Part shown: piece by piece, positions 9,383 through 21,091 of the stretch
How positions within the stretch are numbered: position 1 is the first letter of the stretch
How the letters are laid out: each line of letters starts with the position of its first letter
Origin: Nautiliaceae bacterium
GTDB taxonomy: Bacteria; Campylobacterota; Campylobacteria; Campylobacterales; Nautiliaceae
NCBI GenBank assembly: GCA_039831155.1
Contig: JBDONT010000043.1
Location: 64,001-128,000, forward strand
Reading direction: 5' to 3'
DNA: 64,000 nt
Translations under genes and position numbers: made by a program
Notes under the pieces: model-generated
What the model saw: only the letters and a program-made list of their open reading frames with translations
Database searches by the model: none
What the model was told of the DNA's origin: nothing

Positions 9383-10093
9383 TTCCGGATTGACTGCTTT
9401 TGCTATTAAAATAGAAATTCCGTATAAAATTAAAAGTGGTACGGCCATTGCTATTTGAGAGAAAAGGTCAGGAGGTGTTAAAATCGCTGCAATAAAGAAA
9501 ATAATTACAACGGCATATCTTGAGAAATCTTTTAAAGTTTTATCGGTTACTAAGCCTAGTTTTGCCAAAAAGAACGTTACGACCGGCAATTCAAACGTAA
9601 TACCGAATCCTATCATTAATTTTAAAGCGACGCTCACATATTCGCTTATTTTAAGCATTGCTATCATATCGTTTCCACCGAAATTGATTAAAATTTTAAA
9701 CCCTACCGGGAAAATTACGTAATAAGCAAACGCCGCTCCTGTTAAAAACATTACGGTCCCAAAAAATACAAACGGAATTAACAGTTTTTTTTCGTGTTCA
9801 TACAATCCCGGAGCTATAAATTTCCATATTTGATATAAAGTTATCGGCAGAGTTGCAAATATAGCGGTATATAGAGCTATTTTTACTGCCGTTGCGAACG
9901 GTTCTATTATATTGGTAAAAATCATTTCTGACGTATTATTCATCTTTAACGCTTCCATTGCCGGCTTTGCAACCCATAAAAATATCTCTTTCCATTCTAT
10001 AAAAGCAATAATAAAAGCAATAAAAAAAGCAATTAGAATTTTTATTAATCTTTCTCTTAATTCGTATAAATGAGGTTTAATATCTTCAAGCAT
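9371..10093 (-). CDS. tatC: Twin-arginine translocase subunit TatC
   Basis: HLYELRERL, FIAPGLYEHEK, FELPV, AAILTPPD. Confidence 0.97.
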   Translation of the reverse strand: MLEDIKPHLYELRERLIKILIAFFIAFIIAFIEWKEIFLWVAKPAMEALKMNNTSEMIFTNIIEPFATAVKIALYTAIFATLPITLYQIWKFIAPGLYEHEKKLLIPFVFFGTVMFLTGAAFAYYVIFPVGFKILINFGGNDMIAMLKISEYVSVALKLMIGFGITFELPVVTFFLAKLGLVTDKTLKDFSRYAVVIIFFIAAILTPPDLFSQIAMAVPLLILYGISILIAKAVNPEKEE

Positions 10094-10301
10094 TTATTTC
10101 TTTTTCTTTAGGAGTTTCTTTTTTATTTTCGGCTTCTACTTTTTTAATATCCGCTTTATCAGCATTTTCTTCATCTTTTACGGCATCTTTGAAGTTTTTA
10201 ATACCTTTTCCAAGACCTTGAGCCAGTTCAGGGATTTTTTTACCTCCAAACAGTAGTAAAACAACAACTAAAATAGCTACGATTTGCCAAGTTCCTATCA
10301 T
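10086..10301 (-). CDS. tatA: Twin-arginine translocase subunit TatA/E
   Basis: LLFGGKKIPELAQGLGKGIKNFK; ATG 10301 follows SD AAGGA. Confidence 0.95.
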   Translation of the reverse strand: MIGTWQIVAILVVVLLLFGGKKIPELAQGLGKGIKNFKDAVKDEENADKADIKKVEAENKKETPKEKEINA

Positions 10302-10392
10302 TTTCAATCCTTTTTTTAAGAATTTTAGCATAAATTTAAAAAATGGTGTTAAAGTTTGCTAAAATTTTGAGACTTTTTTTAAAGGATTGAGT

Positions 10393-11013
10393 ATGAAATT
10401 AGCTGTTTTTGATTTTGATTCAACTTTAATGGATGGAGAGACGATAGATTTTTTGGCGGAGCCTTTGGGACTTAAGGAAAAAGTAGCTTCCATTACCGAA
10501 ATGGCTATGAGAGGGGAGCTTGATTTTTTTGAGAGTCTTATTATGAGGGTAAAACTGCTTGAAGGTCTGGAAGAAAAAAAAGTAAATGAAATTTGTCATA
10601 ATCTTCCTCTAATGCCCGGGGCTAAAGAAATTGTAAATGAACTTAAAAAAAGGGGAGTTAGGGTTATATGTTTTAGTGGAGGTTTTAGAAACGCCACTTC
10701 TTATGTAAAAGATTTAATAGGGCTTGATGGAGATTTTAGTAACGTTTTGCACGCAAAAGACGGGATTTTAACGGGATTGGTCGGTGGAGAGATGATGTTT
10801 AGCCACTCAAAAGGCGATATGCTTAAGAGAATTCAGAATATTTTAGGTGTGAGTGAAGAGGATACTATGGTTGTAGGTGATGGGGCTAATGATTTGAGTA
10901 TGTTTAAATACGCAAAAACAAGAGTGGCTTTTTGTGCCAAGGAAGTTTTGAAAAAAGAAGCGAATATTATTATAGAGGAAAAAGACCTCACGAAAATTTT
11001 GGATTTTATATAG
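10393..11013 (+). CDS. serB: Phosphoserine phosphatase
   Basis: FDFDSTL, ETID, SGGF, GDGANDLSM. Confidence 0.96.
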   Translation: MKLAVFDFDSTLMDGETIDFLAEPLGLKEKVASITEMAMRGELDFFESLIMRVKLLEGLEEKKVNEICHNLPLMPGAKEIVNELKKRGVRVICFSGGFRNATSYVKDLIGLDGDFSNVLHAKDGILTGLVGGEMMFSHSKGDMLKRIQNILGVSEEDTMVVGDGANDLSMFKYAKTRVAFCAKEVLKKEANIIIEEKDLTKILDFI

Positions 11014-11027
11014 TATAAGGAGAAATA

Positions 11028-11975
11028 ATGACTAGTATTTGGGTTGATTATTTAGACAGGGAATTTTTGAATACGACGTTTAAGGAGTGGGTTAAGAGCG
11101 GTCTTGTAAACGGACTTACCAGTAACCCGGCTATTTTTGCAAACGCACTTAAAAAAGATGTTTATAAAGATGATTTTGAGAGATTAAAAGGTAAAACTCC
11201 AAAAGAAATTTATGAAGAAATTGCAGTAAAAGACATTCAAAAAGCGTGTGATATACTTGAGCCTTTATATGATGAAGGAAACGACGGATATGCGAGTATC
11301 GAAGTTGACCCAAGACTTATTAACGATACAAAAGGCACTATAGATGAAGCTTTAAGACTTGTGGATAAAATTGAAAGAGATAATCTGATGATTAAAATTC
11401 CGGCAAACGAAGCTGGGATAAAAGCTATGGAAGAGCTTGCAAAAAGAGGAATAAATATAAACGCTACACTTGTATTTTCTCCGAATCAGGCAATGCAGGC
11501 GGCTGAAGCGATTGCTAAGGGTCCAAGAACGATTGACGGGGTTATTTCTGTGTTTGTAAGTAGATTCGATAGAAAATTGAATCCTCTGCTTAAAGAGAAA
11601 AATTTAGCTAAAGATAGAGTAGGGTTTTTTAACGCTATAAAAATTTACAATCAGATTGAAGAGATGAAAATGCCAAACATTAGAACTCTTTTTGCGTCAA
11701 CCGGAGTTAAACAAGACTATTTACCGAAAGATTATTATGTGCAAAATCTATATCTTCCTCATTCGGTGCTTACTTTGCCGCTTGATGTAATTGAGGTTAT
11801 TAAAGATAAAGAAATGGAAGAGTCGTTTCATTTTCAGACAAAACATATTGACGGATTTTTCAGTTTCTTAACGCCGGCTGGAATAAATATGCAAAAAATT
11901 TATCAAGAGCTTTTTGATGAAGGTGTTGAAGCGTTTGAAAAAGCATTTGAAGAGATGTTAAAAACTATAAAATAA
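11028..11975 (+). CDS. tal: Transaldolase
   Basis: GLTSNPAIF, SIEVDP, MIKIPA, INATLVFS, LFASTGVK. Confidence 0.95.
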   Translation: MTSIWVDYLDREFLNTTFKEWVKSGLVNGLTSNPAIFANALKKDVYKDDFERLKGKTPKEIYEEIAVKDIQKACDILEPLYDEGNDGYASIEVDPRLINDTKGTIDEALRLVDKIERDNLMIKIPANEAGIKAMEELAKRGININATLVFSPNQAMQAAEAIAKGPRTIDGVISVFVSRFDRKLNPLLKEKNLAKDRVGFFNAIKIYNQIEEMKMPNIRTLFASTGVKQDYLPKDYYVQNLYLPHSVLTLPLDVIEVIKDKEMEESFHFQTKHIDGFFSFLTPAGINMQKIYQELFDEGVEAFEKAFEEMLKTIK

Positions 11976-11988
11976 AAAGGGGAACGAT

Positions 11989-13110
11989 ATGACAAGACAG
12001 GATTTGAATAAATATTTAACGGCTTTAATTAAATATGAGGGTAGTGACTTGCATATTAAATCCGGAAACGGAATTAAAGCCAGAATTCAAGGTAAACTTG
12101 TAACGATGGAAGCTCCTTTTTTGAAAAAAGAAGACGTTTTGAACTTGATTAAAGAGATACTTCCTTCAAGATATGAAGAGTTTTTAAAAAATAAAGAGCT
12201 TGACTTTAACTATAAATTAAATGATGATTATAGATTTAGGGGAAATGCGTTTTTTCAGATTGAAGGTCCTTCGCTGGTTTTTAGGGTGATTCCTACTAAA
12301 ATTCCGTCTTTGGACGAGTTGAAACTTCCGAAGGTTATGCATAGATTTGCGGAGGTTGAAAGAGGTCTTGTTTTGGTAACAGGGGTTACGGGTAGTGGTA
12401 AATCTACAACCCTTGCCGCTATAATTAACGAAATAAATATGAATAAGCCTAAACATATAATTACTATAGAAGACCCGGTTGAGTTTGTACATAAAGATAA
12501 AAAATGCTTAATAAACCAAAGAAGTTTAGGGGATGATACGTTGAGTTTTTCTAGAGCCCTTAGAGCTGCACTTAGGGAAGACCCGGATATTATACTTGTG
12601 GGTGAGATGAGGGATAGAGAGACTATTGAAATCGCACTTCACGCAGCAGAAACGGGACATTTGGTTTTTTCTACTTTGCATACGCTTGATTCGAAAGAGA
12701 CTATTAATAGAATTATCGGAGTCTTTCCGGTTGAAGAACAAGATAGAATAAGAATGGTATTAGGTTCTATTTTAGAGGGGGTAATAGCTCAAAGGCTGGT
12801 TCCGACGGTTGACGGTAAAAGAACTGCTGCTATGGAGATTCTGATAAGAACTCCTAGAATTAAAGATTTGATTTTACAAAATAGGGATAACGAATTAAAA
12901 GATGTTTTGGAGGAGAGTAAAAAGACTTACGGTACTCAAAGTTTTGACCAACATTTGGTCGATTTGGTATTACAAGGAAGAGTTGCGGAAGAAGTGGCAC
13001 TTGATTACGCTACAAGTAAAGACGACTTTAAACTTAAACTTAAAAAAGCTAAGCTTGAGAGTGGGGTTGAAGTTGTTGAAGAGTCTAAAATCGGACTTAA
13101 AGATAGTTGA
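11989..13110 (+). CDS. pilT: PilT/PilU-family type IV pilus retraction ATPase
   Basis: GVTGSGKSTT, ITIEDPVE, ALREDPD, AAETGHLVFSTLHT. Confidence 0.93.
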   Translation: MTRQDLNKYLTALIKYEGSDLHIKSGNGIKARIQGKLVTMEAPFLKKEDVLNLIKEILPSRYEEFLKNKELDFNYKLNDDYRFRGNAFFQIEGPSLVFRVIPTKIPSLDELKLPKVMHRFAEVERGLVLVTGVTGSGKSTTLAAIINEINMNKPKHIITIEDPVEFVHKDKKCLINQRSLGDDTLSFSRALRAALREDPDIILVGEMRDRETIEIALHAAETGHLVFSTLHTLDSKETINRIIGVFPVEEQDRIRMVLGSILEGVIAQRLVPTVDGKRTAAMEILIRTPRIKDLILQNRDNELKDVLEESKKTYGTQSFDQHLVDLVLQGRVAEEVALDYATSKDDFKLKLKKAKLESGVEVVEESKIGLKDS

Positions 13111-13163
13111 AAATAAATTTTTTTTGGATATAATTTCAATTCTAAAAAACAAAAGGAGACAAT

Positions 13164-13700
13164 ATGCTTGAAGGAATAATCAGAGAGAGTACTTCTAAAG
13201 CTGCAACTAAAAAGCTTAGAAGAGATGGTTATCTGATTGCAAATATTTACGGAAAAGGTCAAGAAAACGTAAATGCTGCATTCAAAATGGGAGATTTCTT
13301 AAAATATTTAAGAAACAAAGAACATCTAGTATTTCCGGTAAAAGTTGGAGATAAAGAATACAAAGTAGTTGTACAAGAGTATCAAAAAGACCCGGTAACC
13401 GGTGAACTTTTACATGTTGATTTACTTATGGCTCAAGACGGTGTAAAATCTTATTATCACGTTCCTATTAAAGTTAAAGGAACTCCAATCGGACTTAAAA
13501 ACAAAGGTGTTTTAATTTACCACAGAAGAAGAATTAAAGTAAAAGCGGCACCTGAGAATTTACCTGATTTCTTTGAATTAGATGTAAGCAACCTTGATGT
13601 AGGTGATAACATTTTAATTAGAGATATCGAAATGCCAGAAGGAGTTGAGTGCTATCTAAATCCATCTATTCCGGTAGTAGGTGTGATTAAGGCTAAATAA
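13164..13700 (+). CDS. rplY: 50S ribosomal protein L25 / Ctc
   Basis: [21 protein letters not shown]...LHVDL; upstream of pth. Confidence 0.95.
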   Translation: MLEGIIRESTSKAATKKLRRDGYLIANIYGKGQENVNAAFKMGDFLKYLRNKEHLVFPVKVGDKEYKVVVQEYQKDPVTGELLHVDLLMAQDGVKSYYHVPIKVKGTPIGLKNKGVLIYHRRRIKVKAAPENLPDFFELDVSNLDVGDNILIRDIEMPEGVECYLNPSIPVVGVIKAK

Positions 13701-13736
13701 CACTCCTCTTTCTTTTTTTTATTTATTGGAGGATAT

Positions 13737-14276
13737 ATGAAATTAATTGTTGGACTGGGAAATCCGGGTAAAAAGTATGAATTAAATAGACATAATGTCG
13801 GATTTTTGGCAGTAGATTATTTAATTGATGTTTTTAACGCTTCTAAAATAAATTCTTCTTTTAAAGGTGAGCTTTTTAAATCCAAAGATTGTCTTTTTTT
13901 AAAGCCTACGACTTTTATGAATTTAAGTGGTGAGAGTGTTGTTTTGGTTAAAAACTATTATAAAATCGATAATGAAGACATTATAGTCATTCACGATGAT
14001 ATCGATTTAAAACTAGGTGCTTTAAAGTTTAAAAGAGGTGGAAGCAGTGGTGGTCACAACGGTTTAAAATCTATAGATAAACATATAGGAAACGATTATT
14101 ACAGAGTAAGAGTAGGTGTCGGAAGACCGGAAAAAAAAGAAGATGTCGTTAATTACGTTTTAAATGATTTTAGTGAAGATGAGTTTGAGTGTATAAAATC
14201 ACTTTTTCCTAAGATAGAAAAAGCCGTACAAGATATAAAAAACGCTCCTAGCAGATATTCTCAAAAAGAGTGTTAG
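13737..14276 (+). CDS. pth: Peptidyl-tRNA hydrolase
   Basis: LIVGLGNPG, RHNVGF, KPTTFMNLSG, GGHNGLKSI. Confidence 0.97.
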   Translation: MKLIVGLGNPGKKYELNRHNVGFLAVDYLIDVFNASKINSSFKGELFKSKDCLFLKPTTFMNLSGESVVLVKNYYKIDNEDIIVIHDDIDLKLGALKFKRGGSSGGHNGLKSIDKHIGNDYYRVRVGVGRPEKKEDVVNYVLNDFSEDEFECIKSLFPKIEKAVQDIKNAPSRYSQKEC

Positions 14277-15293
14277 GTGTATGTTTTTTATATCGCTTTT
14301 AAATATTTAAAAAATTTTGTTTTTATTCTTCTTTCACTTAGTGCTTTTTATGTTATTATAGATTTAATAGCCAATTTTCAAAAACTTCCTTCGTCTTCAA
14401 ACCTTGTAGTGCTTTATATTTATTATATTTTGCTTTATAGTTTCGATATGTTTTACTCTTTGGCGTTGGTATTTGCTTTTTTGCTTACTCTTTATCATAT
14501 GATAAAGTTTAACGAGTTTGTGAGCTTTTACTCTTTAGGCTTTAGTATTAAAAAAATTTTAAAGCCATTTTTAATGGTGGGTGGGATTGTTTTTATTCTC
14601 TTTTTAATGTTTGAATCTACAAAATTCGCTTATTTTAGAGAGTATGCAAATGCGATTTTAAGCAACAAGCAGTATGTAGATTCCGATTTATTTGTAAAAT
14701 GTAAAGATAGAGTCGTATTTATGAAAAAATTAAATCCTCTTATAAAAACTGCTTACGATATTAAGGTGTTTTATTTAAAGGATTTTAAAGTTTACAAAAT
14801 TTTAGTGGCTAGAGAGGCTAAATTTAAAGATGATGTTTGGGAAGTGAAAAAAGCTTATATCAGTTTTATTACTCCAAATAGAGTGTATCATTATGTAAAA
14901 AATGTAAAAATTTTAAAAGATTTTAAGCCCAAAATTATTTCCAATTTAAAACAGTTAAATTCGATATCTTTGTATGATGCTATTTTAGCGATTAAAATTT
15001 TTAAAGACGTAAACGTAAGTATTCTTTTTAGTATAGTTTTGTTTAAGGTTTTCAGTGCCCTTAGTATGATATGTTTGATTGTTATATTTTTGATTTTATC
15101 GCCAATTCATCCGAGAGTAGCGAATGTTTCGTTTTTTTTGGTAAAATCCGTACTTTTTACGATTTTGCTTTGGGGAAGTGAGCTTATGATTTTTAAGTTC
15201 GCAAAACAGGGCGTTTTAAATCCTTATGTGTTGATACTTCCTTTTTTAGTGGTATGTGGTTATTCAATTTATCTATTTTATAAGGAGAAATAA
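14277..15293 (+). CDS. lptG: LptF/LptG-family LPS export permease
   Basis: 3+3 TM layout, NEFVSFYSLG motif, conserved pth-lptG-lysA position. Confidence 0.8.
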   Translation: MYVFYIAFKYLKNFVFILLSLSAFYVIIDLIANFQKLPSSSNLVVLYIYYILLYSFDMFYSLALVFAFLLTLYHMIKFNEFVSFYSLGFSIKKILKPFLMVGGIVFILFLMFESTKFAYFREYANAILSNKQYVDSDLFVKCKDRVVFMKKLNPLIKTAYDIKVFYLKDFKVYKILVAREAKFKDDVWEVKKAYISFITPNRVYHYVKNVKILKDFKPKIISNLKQLNSISLYDAILAIKIFKDVNVSILFSIVLFKVFSALSMICLIVIFLILSPIHPRVANVSFFLVKSVLFTILLWGSELMIFKFAKQGVLNPYVLILPFLVVCGYSIYLFYKEK

Positions 15294-16498
15294 TGGATTT
15301 TAAAAAGTTAGCACAAAAATACGGGACACCTCTTTATGTGTATGATTTTAATCATTTTGAAAATCAGTTTAATGATCTTAAAAAAGCTTTTAAAGGAAGA
15401 AAGAGTATAATCTCTTATGCCGTAAAAGCCAATTCCAATTTAAGCGTAATTAAAAAATTTGCAACTCTTGGAAGTGGGGCTGATTGTGTAAGTATAGGGG
15501 AAGTAAAAAGAGCGTTACTTGCCGGGGTTGATAAGTATAAAATTATTTTCAGTGGTGTTGGAAAAAGGGACGATGAAATAGAAGAGGCGTTAAAGCTAGA
15601 TATTTTAATGATAAACGTAGAGAGTGAAGCCGAACTTCAAAGAGTGGCTGAAATAGCGGAAAAACTAGGGGTTGTAGCTAGAATTTCTATAAGGGTTAAT
15701 CCTAATATCGACCCGAAAACCCATCCTTACATTTCAACTGGACTTCACGAAAACAAATTCGGAGTTGATATAGAAACTGCTAAAAAGATGTATCTTTTTG
15801 CTAAAAATCATAACTCTTTAAATCCGGTGGGAATTCATTTTCATATAGGTAGTCAATTAACGGACCTTAACCCTATTCGTGAGGCTTCTCAAATAGTCGC
15901 GGACCTTGTGAGAAGTTTAAAAGCTATAAATATCGATATTAAGTTTTTTGATGTAGGCGGGGGTCTTGGGATCAGATATAAAGATGAAGAAACTATAAAA
16001 CCTTATGATTATGCTCAAGCTATTTTATCCACTTTATCGGGACTTGACGTTACTATAGTTTGCGAACCGGGAAGATTTCTTGTAGGAAACGGCGGATGGT
16101 TTTTAACAAGCGTTTTATATGAAAAAATAAACGGAGATAAGAGATTTGTGATAGTTGACGGGGCTATGAACGATTTAATAAGACCAAGTCTATATAACGC
16201 TTATCACAAAATAGAAGTTTTAAGTAGTGTAGAAAATCCTAAAATCTCAAAAGCCAATCTAGTGGGGCCTATTTGTGAGAGTGGTGACTTTTTTGCAAAA
16301 GATGTGGATATTCCTCAAACAAATTCTAAAGATTTGGTAATTATCCACAGTGCAGGGGCTTATGGATTTACAATGAGTAGTAACTATAACACCCGTCCTC
16401 GTCCGGCTGAAATTGCAGTGGAAAACGGTGAAGATAGAATTATAAGAAGAAGAGAGACTTTTGAAGATTTGATAGCTTGTGAGGTAGATTATCTGTAA
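15293..16498 (+). CDS. lysA: Diaminopimelate decarboxylase
   Basis: YAVKANSN, HFHIGSQ, EPGR, GPICESGD, MSSNYN. Confidence 0.97.
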   Translation: MDFKKLAQKYGTPLYVYDFNHFENQFNDLKKAFKGRKSIISYAVKANSNLSVIKKFATLGSGADCVSIGEVKRALLAGVDKYKIIFSGVGKRDDEIEEALKLDILMINVESEAELQRVAEIAEKLGVVARISIRVNPNIDPKTHPYISTGLHENKFGVDIETAKKMYLFAKNHNSLNPVGIHFHIGSQLTDLNPIREASQIVADLVRSLKAINIDIKFFDVGGGLGIRYKDEETIKPYDYAQAILSTLSGLDVTIVCEPGRFLVGNGGWFLTSVLYEKINGDKRFVIVDGAMNDLIRPSLYNAYHKIEVLSSVENPKISKANLVGPICESGDFFAKDVDIPQTNSKDLVIIHSAGAYGFTMSSNYNTRPRPAEIAVENGEDRIIRRRETFEDLIACEVDYL

Positions 16499-16507
16499 GG
16501 AAAAAGA

Positions 16508-17275
16508 GTGAGAGGGTTTTTTATCGATGTTCAGGGGACTTTGATAGACGATAAGAACTTTTTGCCCTTAAAAGGAAGCAGGGAGTTTTTGGAGTATTTA
16601 AACAAAAACTCTATTCCTTTTATTTTAATTACCAACAACACTAAAAGAGATTCGAACGAATTTAAAAGTTACCTTAAAAGTTTAGGATTTGAATTTAAAT
16701 ATTATCTTGACCCTTTGATGGTTTTGGATGAGGTTTTGGATACAAAAACAATAGCACCTTTTGGTGTTGATAGATTTTTAGAGGTTTTAAAGAAAAAGGG
16801 GTATGAGTTTGATTATAAAAATGCAAAGTCGGTTGTGCTGGGAATTAAGCTTTATTCGAATGAAGAGTTTAGTGAAATTATAGAGCTTTTGTTAAACGGA
16901 GCCGATTTAATAGGAATGCATAAAACTTCTTTGTATCATAAAGACAATAAACGATATCCTGGGCTTGGGGCTATTTTGGAGATGTTAAAATACGCAACGG
17001 CAAAAGAGTATGAGGTAATAGGTAAGCCTAGTAGAAGATTTTTTGAAAAAGCAAGGGATATTTTGGGGTTAAATTTTGATAAAATTACTATTATTAGTGA
17101 TGATTTAATAGGAGACTTATTACCGGCAAAAGAGCTTGGAATGAAGAGTGTTTTGGTGTTGAGTGGAAAAATTAAAAGTAAAAAAGAGATAACTAAAAAA
17201 CCGGATTTGGTGGTTAAGGATTTGGAAGAATTATTAAATTGGAGTGAAAATGGAAAAAGAGTTACTAAAGCTTAG
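16508..17275 (+). CDS. HAD-IIA family hydrolase (NagD-like)
   Basis: IDVQGTL, ITNNT, IGKPS, ISDD...D, VLSGK. Confidence 0.88.
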   Translation: MRGFFIDVQGTLIDDKNFLPLKGSREFLEYLNKNSIPFILITNNTKRDSNEFKSYLKSLGFEFKYYLDPLMVLDEVLDTKTIAPFGVDRFLEVLKKKGYEFDYKNAKSVVLGIKLYSNEEFSEIIELLLNGADLIGMHKTSLYHKDNKRYPGLGAILEMLKYATAKEYEVIGKPSRRFFEKARDILGLNFDKITIISDDLIGDLLPAKELGMKSVLVLSGKIKSKKEITKKPDLVVKDLEELLNWSENGKRVTKA

Positions 17276-18317
17276 AAAAGAAATTGATAATATAGATAAT
17301 GAAATATTAAGACTTCTTAATAAAAGAATGGAGATTGTTAAAAAGGTAGGAGAGTTGAAAAACAACACAAACGCTCCTATCTACAGACCGGAAAGAGAAA
17401 GAGAAATTATAGAACGTCTAACGAAACTAAGTAAAGAACAAAACGGGATTTTGGGTTATGAAGAAATTGAAGCTATTTTTTTGGAAATTTTTGCAATAAG
17501 CAGAACGCTTGAGAGAAAAGAGAGAATAGCGTTTTTAGGACCTATAGGGACTTACACTCACCAGGCTGCAGAGTCTAGATTCGGGGCGAATGCTAGATAT
17601 TTGCCTCTTTTAAATATAGAAGCCGTATTTAAATCGGTAGCTAATAAAGAATCAAAATACGGTGTTGTGCCTATTGAGAATAACACTGAAGGGGTTGTTG
17701 GAATTACCCTTGATTCTTTAAAAAAATACAACGTAAAAATAGTAGCTGAAATTTGTATGGATATTCATCACTCTTTTGCTTCTTATCAGGATGATTTAAG
17801 TAAAATAAAAAGAATCTACTCTCATCCTCAAGGGTATAACCAGTGTATAAACTTTTTAGAAACTCATTCGCTGCTTGATGTTGAATTCATACCTACCGAA
17901 TCCACGGCAAGAGCGGCTCAACTTGCTGCAGAAGATAAAGAGAGTGGAGCTATATGTTCGAAAATAGCAGCTAAGCTTTATAACGTACCTCTTTTGTTTG
18001 AAAAAATTGAAGACAATCTTGCAAACAGAACCAGATTTATTGTAATAAGCGATTTTAAAACCCAAAAATCCGGAAAAGACAAAACAAGCGTAATAGCAAA
18101 AACCTCTCATAAATCGGGGGCTTTGTTTGAGCTTTTGAAAAAATTTAAAGAAAGGGATATAAACCTTTTAAAAATAGAGTCCCGTCCGAATAAAGACGAT
18201 ACTTTTAATACGTGGTTTTATATAGATTTTGAAGGGCATATTGATGATAAAAAAGTTCAAGAAATTGTGGATATGGAAAATATGATTTGGCTTGGAAGTT
18301 ATTTAAGAGATTGTTAA
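17250..18317 (+). CDS. pheA: Chorismate mutase / prephenate dehydratase
   Basis: LRKEIDNID CM domain; VPIENNTEG, SHPQ, NRTRF, KIESRP. Confidence 0.96.
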   Translation: MEKELLKLRKEIDNIDNEILRLLNKRMEIVKKVGELKNNTNAPIYRPEREREIIERLTKLSKEQNGILGYEEIEAIFLEIFAISRTLERKERIAFLGPIGTYTHQAAESRFGANARYLPLLNIEAVFKSVANKESKYGVVPIENNTEGVVGITLDSLKKYNVKIVAEICMDIHHSFASYQDDLSKIKRIYSHPQGYNQCINFLETHSLLDVEFIPTESTARAAQLAAEDKESGAICSKIAAKLYNVPLLFEKIEDNLANRTRFIVISDFKTQKSGKDKTSVIAKTSHKSGALFELLKKFKERDINLLKIESRPNKDDTFNTWFYIDFEGHIDDKKVQEIVDMENMIWLGSYLRDC

Positions 18318-18326
18318 GGAGAATTT

Positions 18327-19400
18327 ATGTTTGAGAAATTGAAAAATTTAAAAACTTACGAAGCCGGTAAGCCTATAGAGCTTGTAGTAAGAGAATACGG
18401 AATTAAACCGGAGGATATAATTAAACTTGCCAGTAATGAAAACCCATACGGACCCAGCTCTAAAGCTATACAAAAAGTTAAAGAAATAGCAAACCAAATG
18501 CATAGGTATCCGGATGACAGTTTTTTTGAGTTAAAGGATGCTTTGAGCGAAAAATTTGATATTAAAAATTCAAATATTATAATCGGTGCGGGAAGCGATC
18601 AGGTTTTGGAGTTTGCAGTTCACGCCGTTAATCCCAAAAAGGTTTTAATGGCAGGAATTACGTTTGCTATGTATGAGATATATTCAAAACACGTAGGGGC
18701 TCAAATTTTAAAAACTCCTTCAAACAGTCATAATTTAGATGAGTTTAGAGAAATTTATAAAAAAGCAAAACCTCAAATTATTTTTCTTTGTGTGCCTAAT
18801 AATCCTCTTGGGGAGTGTTTGGATAGTAAAGATGTTTTTGAGTTTTTGGATGAAATTGACGAAGATACTTTGGTAATAGTTGACGGGGCTTATCAGGAGT
18901 TTGCTTCTTATAAAGATAAAAATAAAGAAATTAAACCAAAAGATATCCTAAAATACCCGAACGTTCTTTATACCGGGACTTTTTCCAAAGCGTACGGGCT
19001 TGGAGGAATGAGAGTGGGGTATGGTATAGCAAACGAATATATCATAAAAAACCTTCATAAGTTAAGACCTCCTTTTAATATCACGACTCTTAGTTTGGCA
19101 GCTGCTATTGAAGCTTTAAAAGATGAAGAATTCGTAAAAATGGGAATAAAAAAGAATTTTGAAGAGATGCAAAAGTATGTGGAGTTTGCAAAAGAAAACT
19201 CTCTTTCTTATATTGAGAGTTATACGAATTTTATTGTTTTATATATAAAAAATTCAACTAAAATCGCTCAAAATCTTTTAAAAAAAGGTATAATTGTAAG
19301 AGATATGGCAAGCTACGGCTTTGATGCTTTACGTATTACGATAGGAACTCCTACTCAAAACGACATAGTATTAAAAACTCTAAAAGGTATGATTAGTTGA
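18327..19400 (+). CDS. hisC: Histidinol-phosphate aminotransferase
   Basis: [31 protein letters not shown]. Confidence 0.96.
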   Translation: MFEKLKNLKTYEAGKPIELVVREYGIKPEDIIKLASNENPYGPSSKAIQKVKEIANQMHRYPDDSFFELKDALSEKFDIKNSNIIIGAGSDQVLEFAVHAVNPKKVLMAGITFAMYEIYSKHVGAQILKTPSNSHNLDEFREIYKKAKPQIIFLCVPNNPLGECLDSKDVFEFLDEIDEDTLVIVDGAYQEFASYKDKNKEIKPKDILKYPNVLYTGTFSKAYGLGGMRVGYGIANEYIIKNLHKLRPPFNITTLSLAAAIEALKDEEFVKMGIKKNFEEMQKYVEFAKENSLSYIESYTNFIVLYIKNSTKIAQNLLKKGIIVRDMASYGFDALRITIGTPTQNDIVLKTLKGMIS

Positions 19401-21082
19401 ATTTTGAAGAGCTTTTTAAGCAGTTAATAGCTTTTTCTAAAAAGCTGAATAAAAAACAAAAAATGGTTATAGTAGGCTCGGTTGTAGCCTTTATAGCCGT
19501 TTTGTCTTTTTTAGTTGTATTTAACTCTTCTTCAAATAAGGTAGATAACAATTACGCTATTTTATTTGATAACTTATCTCCAAAAGACGCCGCTTTAATC
19601 GTTCAGTATTTAGATAAAAAACAGATTCCTTATAAAATTCCGCAGGACGGGGTAATAGAAGTTCCAAAAGATGTGGTTCAAAAAGTAAGAATTGACGTAG
19701 CGGCCCAGGGACTTCCAAAGTCCAGTAAAGTTGGATTTGAGTTATTTGATAAGAGTAGCTTTGGTGCTACCGATTTTGAACAAAGAGTCAAATATTTAAG
19801 AGCACTTGAGGGTGAACTTAGTAAAACCATAGAATCGTTAAATGCAGTTGAGAGTGCTACTGTGAATATAGCTATTCCAAAAGAGAGTGTATTTGTGGAT
19901 AAACAAACCCCTCCTACAGCTTCTGTGGTTATAAAGCTAAAACCGAATATGATTTTAACACCAAAGCAGATAAGGGGGATTAAAAATTTAATTGCCGCTG
20001 CCGTGCCTAAAATGAAGCCGGAGAATGTAAAAATTATAGACCAGTACGGAAATTTACTGGGGGAGAATGACGAACTTACTCAAAATAACGAGCTTTTAAA
20101 AGCTGAAATCACTTATAAAAAAAGAATGGAAAAAGCCTTAGAGGATAAAATAACTTCTATTTTAGCACCTATTGTCGGAGGAAAAAATAAAGTTGTTGCA
20201 AAAGTAAACTTAGATATAGATTTTTCCCAGGTAAAATCGAAATCAACTATTTATTCCCCGGATAACGTTGTAAGAAGTGAACAGACTTTAGAAGAGAGTA
20301 GAATAGGTTATAAACCTAAAGAAGTGGGAGGAGTCCCGGGAGCTGTGAGTAACATAGGTCCCGTTCAGGGGATGAAGTCCCAACAGATAAAAGATAAATA
20401 CACAAAAAGCGAAACCACTACAAATTATGAAATTTCAACAACCGTTAAAGATGTAAAAGAACCTCTTGCGAAAATTAAAAGAATTACGGCTGCAGTTGTA
20501 GTTGACGGTCATTATAAAATTACGAAAGACGGGAAAAAAGAGTTTGTGCCTTTGAGTGAATTGGAACTTAAAAATATAGAAAACTTAGTAAAAAACACAA
20601 TTGGATTTAATTCCAAAAGAGGTGATAGCGTGAGTGTTAGTAGCTTCCAGTTTAGTGGAGAAATGGCTACTAGTGCTCCGATTACACCGGTAGGAAGAAT
20701 TATGCAGACAATTGATATGTATTTAGGACCTTTTAGCGGATTTTTTAAATATCTCTTTTTGGCGATAGTTCTTTTTGTTTTTTACAAAAAGGTAATAACT
20801 CCGTTTACTCAAAAGATGTTGGAGGTTAAAGTTGCTGAAGAAGAAGAGTTTAAAAAGCCGGAAGTTGTTATTGACGAAGAGGAAGTTGAGTCAACTTATG
20901 ATAAAATAAAAGAATTAAAAGAAAAAGTCGAACAGCAATTAGGAATTAGCAGTGACGTAAATGAAGAAGAGCTTAAATATGAAGTTTTACTTGAGAGAAT
21001 TGTAAAAATGGCTGAAGAGAAACCCGAAGAAATTGCTAAAGTTTTAGAAAACTTAATAAAAGAAGATACTCATGAGACATAA
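19397..21082 (+). CDS. fliF: Flagellar MS-ring protein
   Basis: [33 protein letters not shown]. Confidence 0.97.
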   Translation: MNFEELFKQLIAFSKKLNKKQKMVIVGSVVAFIAVLSFLVVFNSSSNKVDNNYAILFDNLSPKDAALIVQYLDKKQIPYKIPQDGVIEVPKDVVQKVRIDVAAQGLPKSSKVGFELFDKSSFGATDFEQRVKYLRALEGELSKTIESLNAVESATVNIAIPKESVFVDKQTPPTASVVIKLKPNMILTPKQIRGIKNLIAAAVPKMKPENVKIIDQYGNLLGENDELTQNNELLKAEITYKKRMEKALEDKITSILAPIVGGKNKVVAKVNLDIDFSQVKSKSTIYSPDNVVRSEQTLEESRIGYKPKEVGGVPGAVSNIGPVQGMKSQQIKDKYTKSETTTNYEISTTVKDVKEPLAKIKRITAAVVVDGHYKITKDGKKEFVPLSELELKNIENLVKNTIGFNSKRGDSVSVSSFQFSGEMATSAPITPVGRIMQTIDMYLGPFSGFFKYLFLAIVLFVFYKKVITPFTQKMLEVKVAEEEEFKKPEVVIDEEEVESTYDKIKELKEKVEQQLGISSDVNEEELKYEVLLERIVKMAEEKPEEIAKVLENLIKEDTHET

Positions 21083-21091
21083 GGATAAATA

